Source of the DNA: Amoebophrya sp. A120
Lineage: Eukaryota; Protista; Dinoflagellata
Length of the DNA: 64,000 nucleotides
NCBI GenBank assembly: GCA_905178155.1
Contig: CAJINV010000003.1
Coordinates: 10,611,890-10,675,889 of the forward strand
Direction of reading: 5' to 3'
The notes below the pieces were generated by a model, which had not been told where the DNA came from, searched no databases, and worked only from the letters and a program-made list of their open reading frames with translations. This document shows positions 10,456 through 22,306 of this stretch, piece by piece. Made by a program: the position numbers and the translations under genes. How positions within the stretch are numbered: the first letter of the stretch is position 1; the number at the start of each line of letters is the position of its first letter.

Positions 10456-13400
10456 ATGGCGCACGTGGAGTATCTACCTGCCGGTCGGACGACTGAGTTC
10501 CTGCCCGATCATCTAGTGCATACCATCGGACGATGGAGGCACAGCAACCACCAAAAAGTGCTTGCTTTGTTGAAGAATGGTCCCTGCTCCGCCGAGGAGA
10601 TGGCCTATGGTAAAAGTAGAAGAAAAGTAGTCGTGAGAGTAAGAAACTTCGGATTCGGCGAACACGTGCAGCATATTTTCTAAGGCCCTGCCGACTCATC
10701 AACATATTTAGCCTGCCTGCTTTTTGTTCCTAAACCTAAACCTCACGCACGCCCTCTCAGTGCAGGATAGATGATGACGATGACGATTAGCCTACTTGTT
10801 TTTTAATTTATTGTCATGATGTTGATCAAAAAACACACAAGAACATTTATCTCCAGCCCTGCGTCTAACCGGTTCGTTGGGCGAACAGCCGGAGTGTGAG
10901 GATAGCGGCACAGTGGGCATTGCGGGGTTGCTCGAACTGTGCGAGGCCTTCTGGATCCAGGTGAATGAGCATCTTGAGACTTACCCGATAAATGTGCAGA
11001 GCAAAATCCTTGACTCCGTTGCTATCCTGACGAAGCTGCTGCTGGATCCGAAGTGTTGCGGAGACGAGCTGCGCGCCGAAGAGAGCCTGCCGGCGCGGAC
11101 AAAGGCCACACTCGAACAGTTTCGCAGTGAAGTAGAGAACTGGTGGCCAAGCTTGCGACCAGCGCATCTTCCCCCGAACCAGGATGAGGGAGCAACCGAA
11201 GAGGATATTAGCGGCTTCGCTACTCCCGGGGAGGGTGTCGTGGTGCACAACAATGTTGTGGGGGCTACAACGAGTGGCGGCCGCTCATCCGTCGCGAGTT
11301 TTCACACGGCAATGTCGACACCGCCGGCGAGTTCGTCCAGCGCGGTGGCTGCGGGGCCGCTGGAGGTAGTGGGTGGGTCGTCGTCTTCCTCGGCGCCACC
11401 ACGACGCTTGTGCCTGATCACGCCCACAAAGTTTCACGCCGCCCAGGTCAAAGACCCGGGCCAGCGCGACGCGGAGCGCGAAGTCGAGTCGCGCTTTGCG
11501 CAGAGTTGGGCGCGGCACGACATCACCGCCCTTCTCACGGAAGAGGGCATGCGGGCGGACATGGAGGAGCGAGCGAAGCTCAAAGCCAGACTGATCAAGG
11601 ACCTCATCCTGCCTAATTGGAAAAAGCCCGTCGAGCTGTTGTTCGCGCAGCTCCGGCGGGCAGCCAGGCTGGACAATGGCGCCGGCAACGGCGAACACGA
11701 CAACCTGGCCGGTGCCTGTGGACACCTGGTTGGCGTCATCGCGCTCGCAACAAAGCACTGCGAGGACCCCAGGATCGCCACCGAGCTAGTGAGCTTTCTT
11801 GCGACGGGTATTGATCCGTTGCAGAAGATCGGAGTGCTGCAGTGCCGGTTACTGGTGTTGCTACTGCCTAATTGCGTCCTGCAGGAAACCATCGTTGACG
11901 GGCGGCTGTGGAGGTGGTGGGGGATTCTCGAGGAAGGAAAACTTGCGAAGTTTGACATGATGTGGTTTAAGGTGCTAGCCAGGTTCGCCAAAAACAGGTG
12001 GCGCGGCGGCCTTGCTTGTTGTGACGAGGAGGTGCAAGAGAAAGCGGCAACGGTGCTGGCGCGCAAGAGCACCTGGCTCTTCAATAAGGTGCTGCGCCGC
12101 ATGTGTCTACCGCTGTTCTCGCCGGTGGCCAGCACGCTCGACGCTGCCACGGCCCAGGCGAAGCTGGATACGTCCCGCTATGGCGAGACCTACAAGCTCC
12201 CGAACTCTTTGGAGCAATTGATGGGCCCGGTATCAACCTGGAAATTCGTCACCAAGTTTCTGGTCTACTCCTTGGAATCCGACCCTGGACTCGGAGTTGT
12301 TGCCGAGGACCCGAAAGGCTCTACTACTGCAAGGTCTTCTGACAAGCTTGCAGGTAGTGCAGCAGCTTCGCCCAGCACTACAACCTCGTCCTCAGCCAAC
12401 ATGTTGTATTGGCAAACCTTGGAGCTATTGCTTCGCCGCATTTTCCCCTACATTCAGGGAGACCGAGGCGAATGGTCCTGGCACGTGATGACTTTCATCT
12501 ACCTCCTCACCAATGCCTACGCTATGCGGGCGTCTCGCGAGCGCACCCGCGCGCGCGGCGCCGGTCGCCTGCTCCGAGCCCCATCAAAATCCAGGGAGCT
12601 GCCTTTCCTGTCTAAGGATGCAGACACGTACTTTTGCTTTCTCGTGGTTCCATTGTTGAAAAAGACCATGGTGCAGCGCGACGCGTACGCACAGCACGCG
12701 TCGCTGGACTCGCTGGCCCGGCTAGCACGGCTCACGAACGACGACACGTTGAAAGTTTCGCAAGTGTCCACAGAACTAGAGATCTCCATGGGCAGCGCGA
12801 CCGTAGATGAGGTTTTCAAGAAGTACAGTTCCAGTTTCTCGCTTTTCCACCAGTGGGACGTGGAGAATTCGCTCCACAGCCTCTTCTGCTCCGGTTTGGA
12901 GGTTTTGAACGACCCCAGTCAGGCGACGCGGATCAACGGCATCTTCCGGCTCTTCGCCAGGCTGATGCCTTCCGTGCTGCGGTTCTTCCCTTCCTTTGTG
13001 CCACAAATTCTGGACCTTATTCTAGTGGGTATCGACCCTACGGACTCCGCCAAGACGCTGGCGGTCGCCGCACTGATTGTAAACCTGTTCAGCTCCGTGC
13101 CCTGTCTGGACATCGGCGACCTCCCAAGCGAGCAGAAGTCCGACGCGACCGCCAGGGCACCGGCGCCGCTCACCTGCCGGGATGAGGCATATCCTGGCGA
13201 GATGGTGCTGCGAGTTGGCAGTTCTGTTAGTTCATCGTCTTCAGGAAGAAGTGGTGCTTCTGCAGATGTTGATCGCGCCTTTTGGGAGAAGTGGGAGGAG
13301 GAGCGCAAGTCCGGTGCTGTCATGGCATCCAGTGCCATGCCTGGGTTTGCACTGGACCTGTTCGACCGCAGTCTGCAGTACATTCTGGACACCTCGCTGG

Positions 13401-16400
13401 ATGGGGGCAAGAAGGGGCAAGCTTTGAACACCGGGCAGGCGCTCGACAAGGTAAACGGCAACCTGCTCTTTATCTGCAACTTTTTGGTGCTCTCCCAAAC
13501 GTCCACAAGCATCCAGAATCAGGTGCTCGAGCGGATGAAGGAGTTTGTGCAGGGAGAGATCCACAAGGACAAAATTAAGACGGTGAAGGGTCTGCTGCAG
13601 GCGATCGCGCGCGCCATGCCGGAAGCCGCACTCCGGGAGCTGTTGCCGCTGCTGGTGAAACGCATTGAGTCCGGGCGCAGCGGGCACGTAGAGGTGTTTT
13701 ACTGCATGAGTCTGCTGCAAGGTCTGGTGCGTTTAGTGGGAGGCACGGCCCTGCTGCCTTACCGCCAGGAGCTGGAGCGCGTCCTCAGCTTCGGTTTGAA
13801 CTACTGCAAGCAGTCCACCAGCGAAAAGGCCGCAGCAGTGAGTGGCGGCACAGACAACAGCAAGGAGAACCGCGCGGTTCACAAGGCTACCGCAAAGTTA
13901 TTTCGACGTCTCTTGGCCGCGCTCGGGAGCAGCTACATCGTGAACGACTTCCGCGTGGTCAGCGAAAAGGATTGGAGGAATGGGCTGACGCAGCAGCAGG
14001 TCCAGAACCTGTGGGCGCAAGTGCCGTGGTGGCGTTGCTTTCCGCTGCGCAAGCCGGTTTGGTACGTCCCAGGCGTGGAGGAGCTCGCGTGGGCTACGGA
14101 ACTCGGCAGCACAGTCGCCAGCAATATTCTTCATCTGGTGTGCGCCGCCTACGTCGGCGGGAGTGTTGCCGTCTCAGGTGGAACTACGACCAGCAATGCA
14201 AGAACAACGAAAGACGCTGCAGATGCTCCTCCCCCATCCGCTGATGCGATGGATGTGGACACGCCAACGCCCGGAGCGCAGGGAGGTGGTTTTTTCAAAA
14301 GATGCAAAACTGCCGCTGCCTGGATCGAGGAGCTGCTCGAAACGCCAGACACGCCATGCGATGCTGCAAAATCGAAGGACACTGGGGACTGGGAAGCGCT
14401 GAAGGACGACGCATCATCCATAACATTCGAATCACACACAGAAACACGCACCGAATTCCGTCGGGCGTTTAAAGTCATTCACCAACTTGCCGAATCCAGT
14501 GGCGCCCCGGGTTTGCGGCTGGTTGGTGGGTGCAAGGAGGACTTCGACTTGCTGGAGAGTGAGCAAAGCCAAGTTGCTACGGCGGGAGCTGGTGGAAAGA
14601 GGAACGCAAGTCGGGTTCAACTGCTGCGCAACTTTTCTCGGCAACCCTTTCTCCTCGCGGACCGGGTGCTCAGCCTTTTCAAGGCCTTGCTGCGAGGGGG
14701 ACACGCACTCTGGGCTGACGAGCTGACCGACTACAAAATCTGGACGGCGCCGCAGTCGTTTCCACACTTCTTCGAGCCACTCGCGATTGCCATGCGCCTC
14801 ATGCTTGAAAAGGGCCTGATGGGAAGTAATGCGGAGACGGTCGCGGTCTCCGAAGAGCTCGATGCTGCACTTCTTCACGCGGGGGACCCGCCAGCGGGGC
14901 AAAGCAAGTTGGCAACGACATCCGCAGCATCGTCCTCGTCGGCCGCTGCTGCCACTACATCCACAGCAGCTTCGCTAATGCCGCTCCCCTCTGCCGTGGC
15001 GGGTACGGGGCTCACGTCTCCCCAGGTGACGAAAAAGTACTTGCGCTGCGTTGCGGAGCTGTGGATGAACCAGATCCCCTGCAACTCAGGGTCGCTGTTC
15101 CGCACGAAGCGACCAGCGGGCAGCCAGCGCGGCGACCCGTTCTTGACTTGGTACATGAATCTGTTCGGCGAGTCAGTGATCTATTCCCTGAAAATTAACC
15201 ATCCCCGCCCAATTTGTCAGGCGAAATATGTACGGAAATTCTTTGCTTTTCATGCGGTTGAAGGTCGCCGAAAATGCTTCCTCGCCCACCCTCCGGGGAG
15301 GGGATCCTTGGCCTGTGGAGCTGGCTGCGGGTGTCCACTACATGATGACGATGATTCAAAAAATGGATGGTAATGGTTAATTTTCAGGGAATATGATCTC
15401 GCAGATGGCGCAGACACACTATCTGGCGAAGCACCGCGACGTCCCAAGGCTGTGGTGGACGCAGAAACTCTGCGTCACCGTGGACAGCCACTCCGCCGAT
15501 CGGGTGATGGCGGGCTACACCTATCAGGGGCAGCGGCGGCATCTGTGCGAGCTGTTACTGGAAATCTCACTCGGGTCGCCGGACGCGCAGATCCGGCAAC
15601 GGGCCCAGGGTCTGCTCAGTCGCGGGGCGCGAAAGCACATCGGTGCCAAAGGCTCCCTGGCGCAGAACTTTGCGGTGCGGCTGCGCGGAGTCAAATACCA
15701 GATGCAGGGGCTTCTGCGGCAAATCGACTTCTCCGAAGAGCAGAAGAAGGCATTTGCAAACCAGCTCAACGGGATCTCATTCACGGTTGGTGGAACCATG
15801 CGAAGCATGCTGATCACCCTGTGGCGCGGAAGAGGCCGCGCGTCCGCAGCATTTTGCTACAAGCTGATGGACCTCCTGTATCATCTCTCGATTTCGCACC
15901 AGTCGAGCAAAGAGGTCGTGAAGACCACTGTTATGGGATTGTATTCAGTTTTGAAATCGACAAAGTTGGAAGATTCTGCAAAAATGCACAAAATCAAATT
16001 CAAAATCGACACCAGTTTATTTGTTGTTGTGGCCCTACAATTTCTGTTTCTAGTAAGCGCATGACATTAGATTTCGTCGCACCTTGTTCATACAATTTGT
16101 CAGGCTGAGGCTGTTTCATTGGGCGGCAATTAGAAAATGAAAACCTGTTTCCGTGGTCAACAAACATGCAACTCCCGTACAGCTGTAAGTATCTGTGTCT
16201 CTGACGCATGTCCCTAAACAGGCTCACAAGCAGCCTTATAAAATAAATTCATGGCACTTGGCATTTCATGCGTTGCAAATCAGTTCTTCATCGGCTTTGT
16301 CAATTTCGAGCCTGGCGCCTCCACAAGTGTGCTACAGCGAGTATTTTGCTGTGTCGACGCGTGGATTGTATGAAGGAAAAGCACTAGTGATCATCTTCCG

Positions 16401-19400
16401 GACTGCTGCTACTCCCAAATAGAAAAAAGCGAGTTGGTTGCCACCTGCTTAACTCCTTTCGTGATGCAAAACGCCCCCCTCCAAACAAAATCACTCGCGG
16501 CTGCATGGAAATGCGCGATTTTTGATGTTGTATTGTATGCAAATCCGCGTGGCAGAGGACTGCGGCTTTTTGCAGGGCTGTCATCTGCAGCTGTCCTTAC
16601 GATCAGCACTCGCTTCTCCTTTATAGACTGAGCACCGCGACCGGCCGTGCTATACCAAAAAACGAAAAATGCGGGAAAGCGTTGCCGTATCGCCTGACGA
16701 CGATGACCAAGAAAGCAAAGGCCGAACAAATCTGTTGCTGGATAGCCAGAGCCCTTGGAAGGTAAGTAAGAAGTTCCCTTCAGATTACGATGAACAACAC
16801 CTCTGAGTCTGAGCAGCTTCAGATAGTATTTATTCTGTCATTGTATACTATACATAGATAGAGATACTATGCTTACGATTATGATACGTCAGAACAGGGT
16901 ATAGATGCTCTTGATTGCTGTGATCAACGCCAACGGCAGTTCCGAAGTACTTCTCATCGAAGAAAACTGCGCAAGAACCGCAAACATCTATGTATAGTCC
17001 TCGCAGCGTGGTTATTTTTTGTGTGCTTCGTTGATATGTAACAAGGAAATGCAAGAGGAACACGTCCACGAACAATGCGCAAACAGAGAAGCAAGCGGAA
17101 TGTTTTTCGTGATTTTCACACAGATCGAGGACTTTTTGGAGATTTTTCGACGACCGGACTGCCACTGGCGTGTCAAAACCGTGTTGCTGGTAGTGGCTAT
17201 GGTACTTTGCCACCACGCAGATGGGCCGGAAAACTTATGGGAGTTGATCCTGAGGGAAGCGATTCCGGTACTTCAACCCACAGCGCAGCAGGGCTTGATC
17301 CGCGCGAGCGTGCTGGCGATGGTGTTCGGGTTCCGAAAGCACCCTGGTTTGGTTCGCCTGGTGCCGGATTGCTACCCCGGTGGTTGGGACGCCTTTTTTG
17401 CCGCCGCCGCAGAGGCACTGCCACAGTTGGCGCGGAACGTGGCAGGGACAGGTCAGGACCCTACACGGGGCACGTTTGACGCGATGCGGTCTTTTCGTGT
17501 GACCTTCCCCACCTCCTGGATCCGGCACAGCGGGGCAAACTTTTCGACCTGCAACGCGCTGTTCTGGCAGACGGTCGTTGCCGCTATGCTGAAGCAAGGT
17601 GACGCACTCGCCGCCGTGGTCGAAAATGGGACCAAGACGATTGCGGCGTTCTGCGCGGCAAAACCCATGCAAGAAGAACACTACCACACCGCGGTGATAG
17701 AAGTCACCGCGGGTGTGCTCCGCGCGGCGCGAAAGGTGCCCGACTCGGTGAAGCAAATGTGGGCCGTGCTGCATTCCGTGCTCCGCACCGAGATCCTCAC
17801 GTGCAGCAAAGAGGCGCAGAGCGACTGGGCGGATTGTTTTCGGTACATCGTGACCGGTACCAGCAAGAAACTCCGCCTTCCTGCTGGAGAGGATGGCGGA
17901 GGCCATGCCGTCAGCATCGGTATCCAGCGCAAAGAACATAGTAAGTATTTGGACTTGGAGTTGCATGATGTTGTTTTTCTTCCTTATTGCTGGTGGCGGA
18001 AGTAGAAATAGAAATACGTCGCGCAATGCGCGCCTCAAAGGCCCATATACATAGTTGTACTTTTGCGACGAATACGATACTTTGATGGCTTTTGCAGGCC
18101 GAGTTTGTGTACTAACCATGATCTGAGAAAACAGTGGCGATTCGATGCATACGGTCTTGTAAAAGAAGAAAGGCGCCGCAGAAGGACGGACCATTGTCAT
18201 GCTGCGCTTTTGTGCGAAAATAATGAATAAAGGATTTACGACGTTGTGCCTGAGAGACTATTCTTTCCCGCTGGATAACAGTCCACGCAGTGCCGCTACT
18301 AAACTTCGCTATGCGTGGGCTGGAAAATGAGGCGAAGAGCCCGCCGGAGCATGCGGTGCTGGTTCCGATTCCCGACGACGAGTGTACCGTGACCAACCTG
18401 GAGGAGGAGGAGATCGCGGCAGAGAGCTCGTTTCTACAGGTGAAAAAAATGCGGCTGCGATTGGCAGTGATCATTGAGGTACTCACTTTGCCACAAAACT
18501 TGCCACCAGAGTGGGGGCCCGCTATCCTTTCCATTTTCCGACACGCTCGGGCGAGGCTCGCGCACCCCTTGAAGAACTTGCGGGAAGAAGCTGCGCGCGT
18601 TGTGTCAGGCTTTCTGCGACTGGGAATCGGCTCTCGGCTTAACACTGGGGAGGCTTGTATCGAACAGCCCGGTGGGAAATCGACAGAATGAAAATGGAAC
18701 GTGATTGAGATTGTGAAGCAAAAAAATTGTGGACGACAGCATTCCTTGTGTAAGTACGTCGTAGCTTCCAAGCAGCGCATGACAAGCATGCAGACCCAAT
18801 TACGCAGTTGTCGTCAAAGAACAAAGACGACTTCTGCCTGTGTCGTGCTCCTTCGCAGCTCTATTCCTCACCGTGAACTTGCTTTCAGTCGGCTTCGCTT
18901 GCCTCGCTTTCAATTTCAGAAATTGTTCGAGCCATTTTTATTTTACAAAATGGCCTGCTCCGTCCTGCATTACAAATTGAAATTATCTTCTTGCTGCATG
19001 TCTGCAACGAAAAGACGAAATGCATTTGGATTTGCTTAACGGTTTAGGGTTTAGGGTTAACGGAGGCCATTTCCATTGTGAGAATTTTCCATCTGACGCC
19101 TCTATAGGCTGGATTAAGATCCCGGGTGGAGTCTGCATGGCAATCACAGACGACGTCCGCGAAACTACACAGAGGCTGGCCGAGAAGCTGCGCGAAGACT
19201 TGCAGCAACAGCAGGACGGAGGTGCAAATAGTCCAGTCAAAAAACCAGGTATGTCTTGTTGAAAAGGATTTGCTTCGATTTTCATTTCCTAGCCGCATCA
19301 ACATCACTGTTGTAAAGATCCTTGTTAATAATTATATTTGACGACCGCGAGGAGCAGGATGAGGAAATATTGATATTCGTGCCCTACGAGGCTTGTACTA

Positions 19401-20843
19401 AAGTTGTGGCTGTGGGGGCGGTTTATTTTTCACTTTTAGGTTCTCCTTTTCTCTGACTGTATCCGTTCAACACTGGTAGGTGAACAACAGTTGGCTCACC
19501 ACTTTGACTGTGGCATTAAGATGAAGACTGCGAGTGTGGCTGTAAGTTCTTACAGCCACACTCTCACTCGCAGCCTTCAGTAGGTGGTTGTCGTTGTTAT
19601 TCTATAATCATTAACAATAAATCAGGTGTGGTCCACAACGCGAACGACATCGACAAGGCAGGGGCACCGACGTCTTCCAGTGGTGGCGACACAGGTAACA
19701 GCCCTACGAAGACTGGCATGAAAGAGCTACAACGCAAGCCCCACGTGAACGAGTCGATGGGGGTTTTGCACGTTTTGATCCATGCCGTCAGTGCAGGAAA
19801 GGCTTTCGCGCTAGACGACTGCTTCTTGAATTTTGTCGTATTGTGTTCGACGCACCACGACCAAGATCTCCGCGGACTGGGATGGATGGTCTTGGCACAA
19901 GTTGCGTCGGCTGTACCCCCGAACCGTGCTCTTCTTCAGACATCAGAGATGCAAACCTCGACCTCGTCGTCCTCCCTCTCCACAGCGGACGACATTTTGG
20001 AGGCCTACCAGGCGAAAAGGCTGCAAAAATTGGTGCAAGAGTTGATGGTGGACCGATGGCCGACGTGGGGCAGCAAAGAGCGCGAGAAGGTGCTGTTGTT
20101 TGTCTCGCTTCTGTGTTTAGCAAACGTAGTGGTGTACGATCTGCTTCCGGAAACCCAAAGCGTTTGCGTCTCGGTCGCAGAGGCAGCCCTGCTAGATGCT
20201 AAGCCGGACGTGAAGTTTGCCGCGAAGCGCCTGCTCACAGCCCTCTTTCTGGCCGAGGAGCAAACCAAACTCTTGCCGAGATACCGGGTACAGTTACTTT
20301 ACTTTATGCATGATCTTTTATATTTATTATTTTCTCATTTCATCTGTGCACCAGAACTAGATCCACATGTAGTCTCCATTAATACGTGTATGACAAACAT
20401 GTTGTTGAACCTTTACGCTGGCATAAATTTCACACGACTCATTCGTAATTCCAACGTTTCAGGGTGCGTCACCCGGAGCCGGTGTGGCAGGCAAAAAGGC
20501 AGACGAGGGGGCTTCTACAAAACCTGAACAAGGTTTGTTAGCAAGCTCAGGAGCGCTCACACCTCTCCAAACGGTGCAGTGTTTGGTGATTCTGCTTTAC
20601 GTGAGCATGGACTTTGGTTCCCCGAAACAGTTTACCGGCGGTGTTATTGAGGCTCTTGCGCCCTTCGGAAACGGCCGAAAGTTTCAACAGACTATTTTAA
20701 CTGAGGTTCAGAACGCCTTTCAGGCTTTTTTGAAAAACCAGCAGCGCAGTGATATGACCTGGCGGGAGTGCAGGAAAAAATTGTCTGCCAAGCAGCTCGA
20801 CCTCGTGGACGCGTATAAGGGCAAGTTGAGCTACTTCAGCTAG
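10456..20843 (+). CDS. PSME4: Proteasome activator PA200/Blm10, ~10 exons (approx. 10456-10609, 10857-15181, 15399-15929, 16329-16367, 16627-16761, 17124-17940, 18291-18656, 19108-19248, 19626-20287, 20463-20843)
   Basis: GIDPTDSAKTLAVAALIVNLFSSVP corresponds to the PA200 GIDPNDxxK motif; HEAT-like helical composition; C-terminus AFQAFLKNQQRSDMTWRECRKKLSAKQLDLVDAYKGKLSYFS resembles the PA200 C-terminal domain and HbYX-type tail. Exons join in frame; some boundaries are approximate. Confidence 0.9.
15182..15393. mobile_element. Introner family A copy 2 (perfect 21-bp TIR, TSD TGATC)
   Basis: TATTCCCTGAAAATTAACCAT (15182-15202) / ATGGTTAATTTTCAGGGAATA (15373-15393); TGATC at 15177-15181 and 15394-15398. 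Removing 217 nt restores GESVISQMAQ. Confidence 0.92.
15930..16328. mobile_element. Degenerate TIR intron in PA200
   Basis: IR TTGAAATCGACAAAG (15951) / CTTTGTCAATTTCGA (16295) is symmetric about the intron; TGT direct repeat at junctions. Removing 399 nt gives KEVVKTTVLQRVFCCVDAWI. Confidence 0.5.
16369..16625. mobile_element. TA-ended introner in PA200
   Basis: TIR TATGAAGGAAAAGC vs TATAAAGGAGAAGC (12/14); TSD GATTG/GACTG; GT-AG intron 16368-16626 in frame. Confidence 0.75.
18658..19106. mobile_element. Old TA-ended introner in PA200 with 40-bp degenerate TIR
   Basis: 18658-18697 vs reverse complement of 19067-19106 match 27/40 ungapped; flanks GCTTG/GGCTG; GT-AG intron 18657-19107 in frame. 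Confidence 0.65.
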
Positions 20844-21003
20844 GAGGACTATGTAGCACTGCTTCTAGCGAAGAGCTCACTGAGTAATTGCATAAAACGA
20901 AAAATTTAGGCTAATATAATTCTTCTGACGTCTACTTGTACTTCAGATGACCTGCGAAATCACAATCAAAGGCAGGAATCTCTTATAGGAAGTTCGACCG
21001 GAT

Positions 21004-22214
21004 TGCAGAAGAAGGCCCTCAGCATCAACTACACACGTGACTGCTCGCGTTTGTTGTGCTGCTGGCAGTGGTCGTGTATTGAATTCTGTTGCTTACAAGC
21101 AAGAACATAGACACAGACCATTGCTGTTGAGACACAGAGACAGACCACCAGCTACTTACAAGCAGGAACATAAATAGCACGCTAAACAGTTACTCGATCG
21201 CCTCAAGAAGCGAGCACCCGATCGATTTCTGTGGCTTTTCGATGCAAGTGCTCGGGCCGCAGAGGTTGTTTATGAATCGAGTAGAAGATACAGAGAATGA
21301 GAAATGATTTTCGTGGTCAACCATATGGGTTTACGTTTAGAAAAATATACAGGAAAAAAGGATTTTTTTCGGTGCTATAGATTTCAACTACAATCATTTG
21401 TCTGTGATGGGCAAGAGCAAGTGTGAAAAGGCTCCTCGTAAGCAGCTGACAAATGATACTGTATCGCATGACCCACGGGCAAGCGCACAGCATTGTTTTC
21501 TTATTCTTCGTAATTATTTAATCAACCTCGAAATCGAAAACAAAAACGATGAGCAACACAAAAGCGCGTAGTAGTTTTACATACAAGTGGTTAGAATTAC
21601 CTATAGGCACGATGGCGCAAGGAGCGCGCATTGGAAGAGAGAAGGCACGGGGAGGCCACGAGCGGCCCTCCTCTCATCGATCAGGCACGTCGACCAGACG
21701 AGAGGTGACGTTGGCTTTCAGAAATCATCTGACTGCAGATGCATACATTTTGCTTATGCAGCACAATTTAGATTTTCAAAATCAATTTTCATTTTTGGAT
21801 TGCCCGTGCTCGCTCCCCAGCGCGACGGACAGGCATAAAGCAGAGCTGCTACCCGAAAAGAAGCTGAAGTGCTGAGTAGCTCTCTTTTTTGCTGTGCGTC
21901 TTCTGTAGCGCCGCCCTTGTTTACCTGCTCGCGATTCGCCCGGGAGGCGGGAAGCGTGTTGCTTCATCCAAGTTTTCTTTCGCTGACGCTGGTCGTGTTC
22001 CCACACGGTGCGGTCTTTCCTATCGACAAGATTTTCGAGTAGTTCAGTCTGATTCGACGAAAGCGAAAACGAAAGGGTAGACCAGAGCTTGTTGTAATAC
22101 ATAAAGATATTGATTTGTAGTAGTTGCAGTTGAGAATGGGATGATACAGTGTCAGTGAAAAATCATAGCGCTAGTGATTTTGGTGTTTATCATCTTTGTT
22201 TTCACAGACTTTGA
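21004..22214 (+). repeat. Long direct repeat, left copy (~1.2 kb), flanking the GT29 gene
   Basis: Colinear with 23992-25086 from TGCAGAAGAA..CATCAACTACACACGTGACTGCTC to TTTGTTTTCACAGACTTTGA, with substitutions and indels. Confidence 0.9.
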
Positions 22215-22306
22215 TATAGATGATGAAGTACTTTGTTTTCACAGACTTTGATATAGATAAATCATAAATATTTTTTGTTTTCACAGAAGCTGGCACAGTG
22301 GCATAG

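Noticed and set aside
16110-16184. Possible extra PA200 exon (GCFIGRQLENENLFPW...) followed by GTAAGT
   Set aside because: It lies inside a segment with symmetric TIR remnants, and the flanking exons join in frame without it; not fully excluded.
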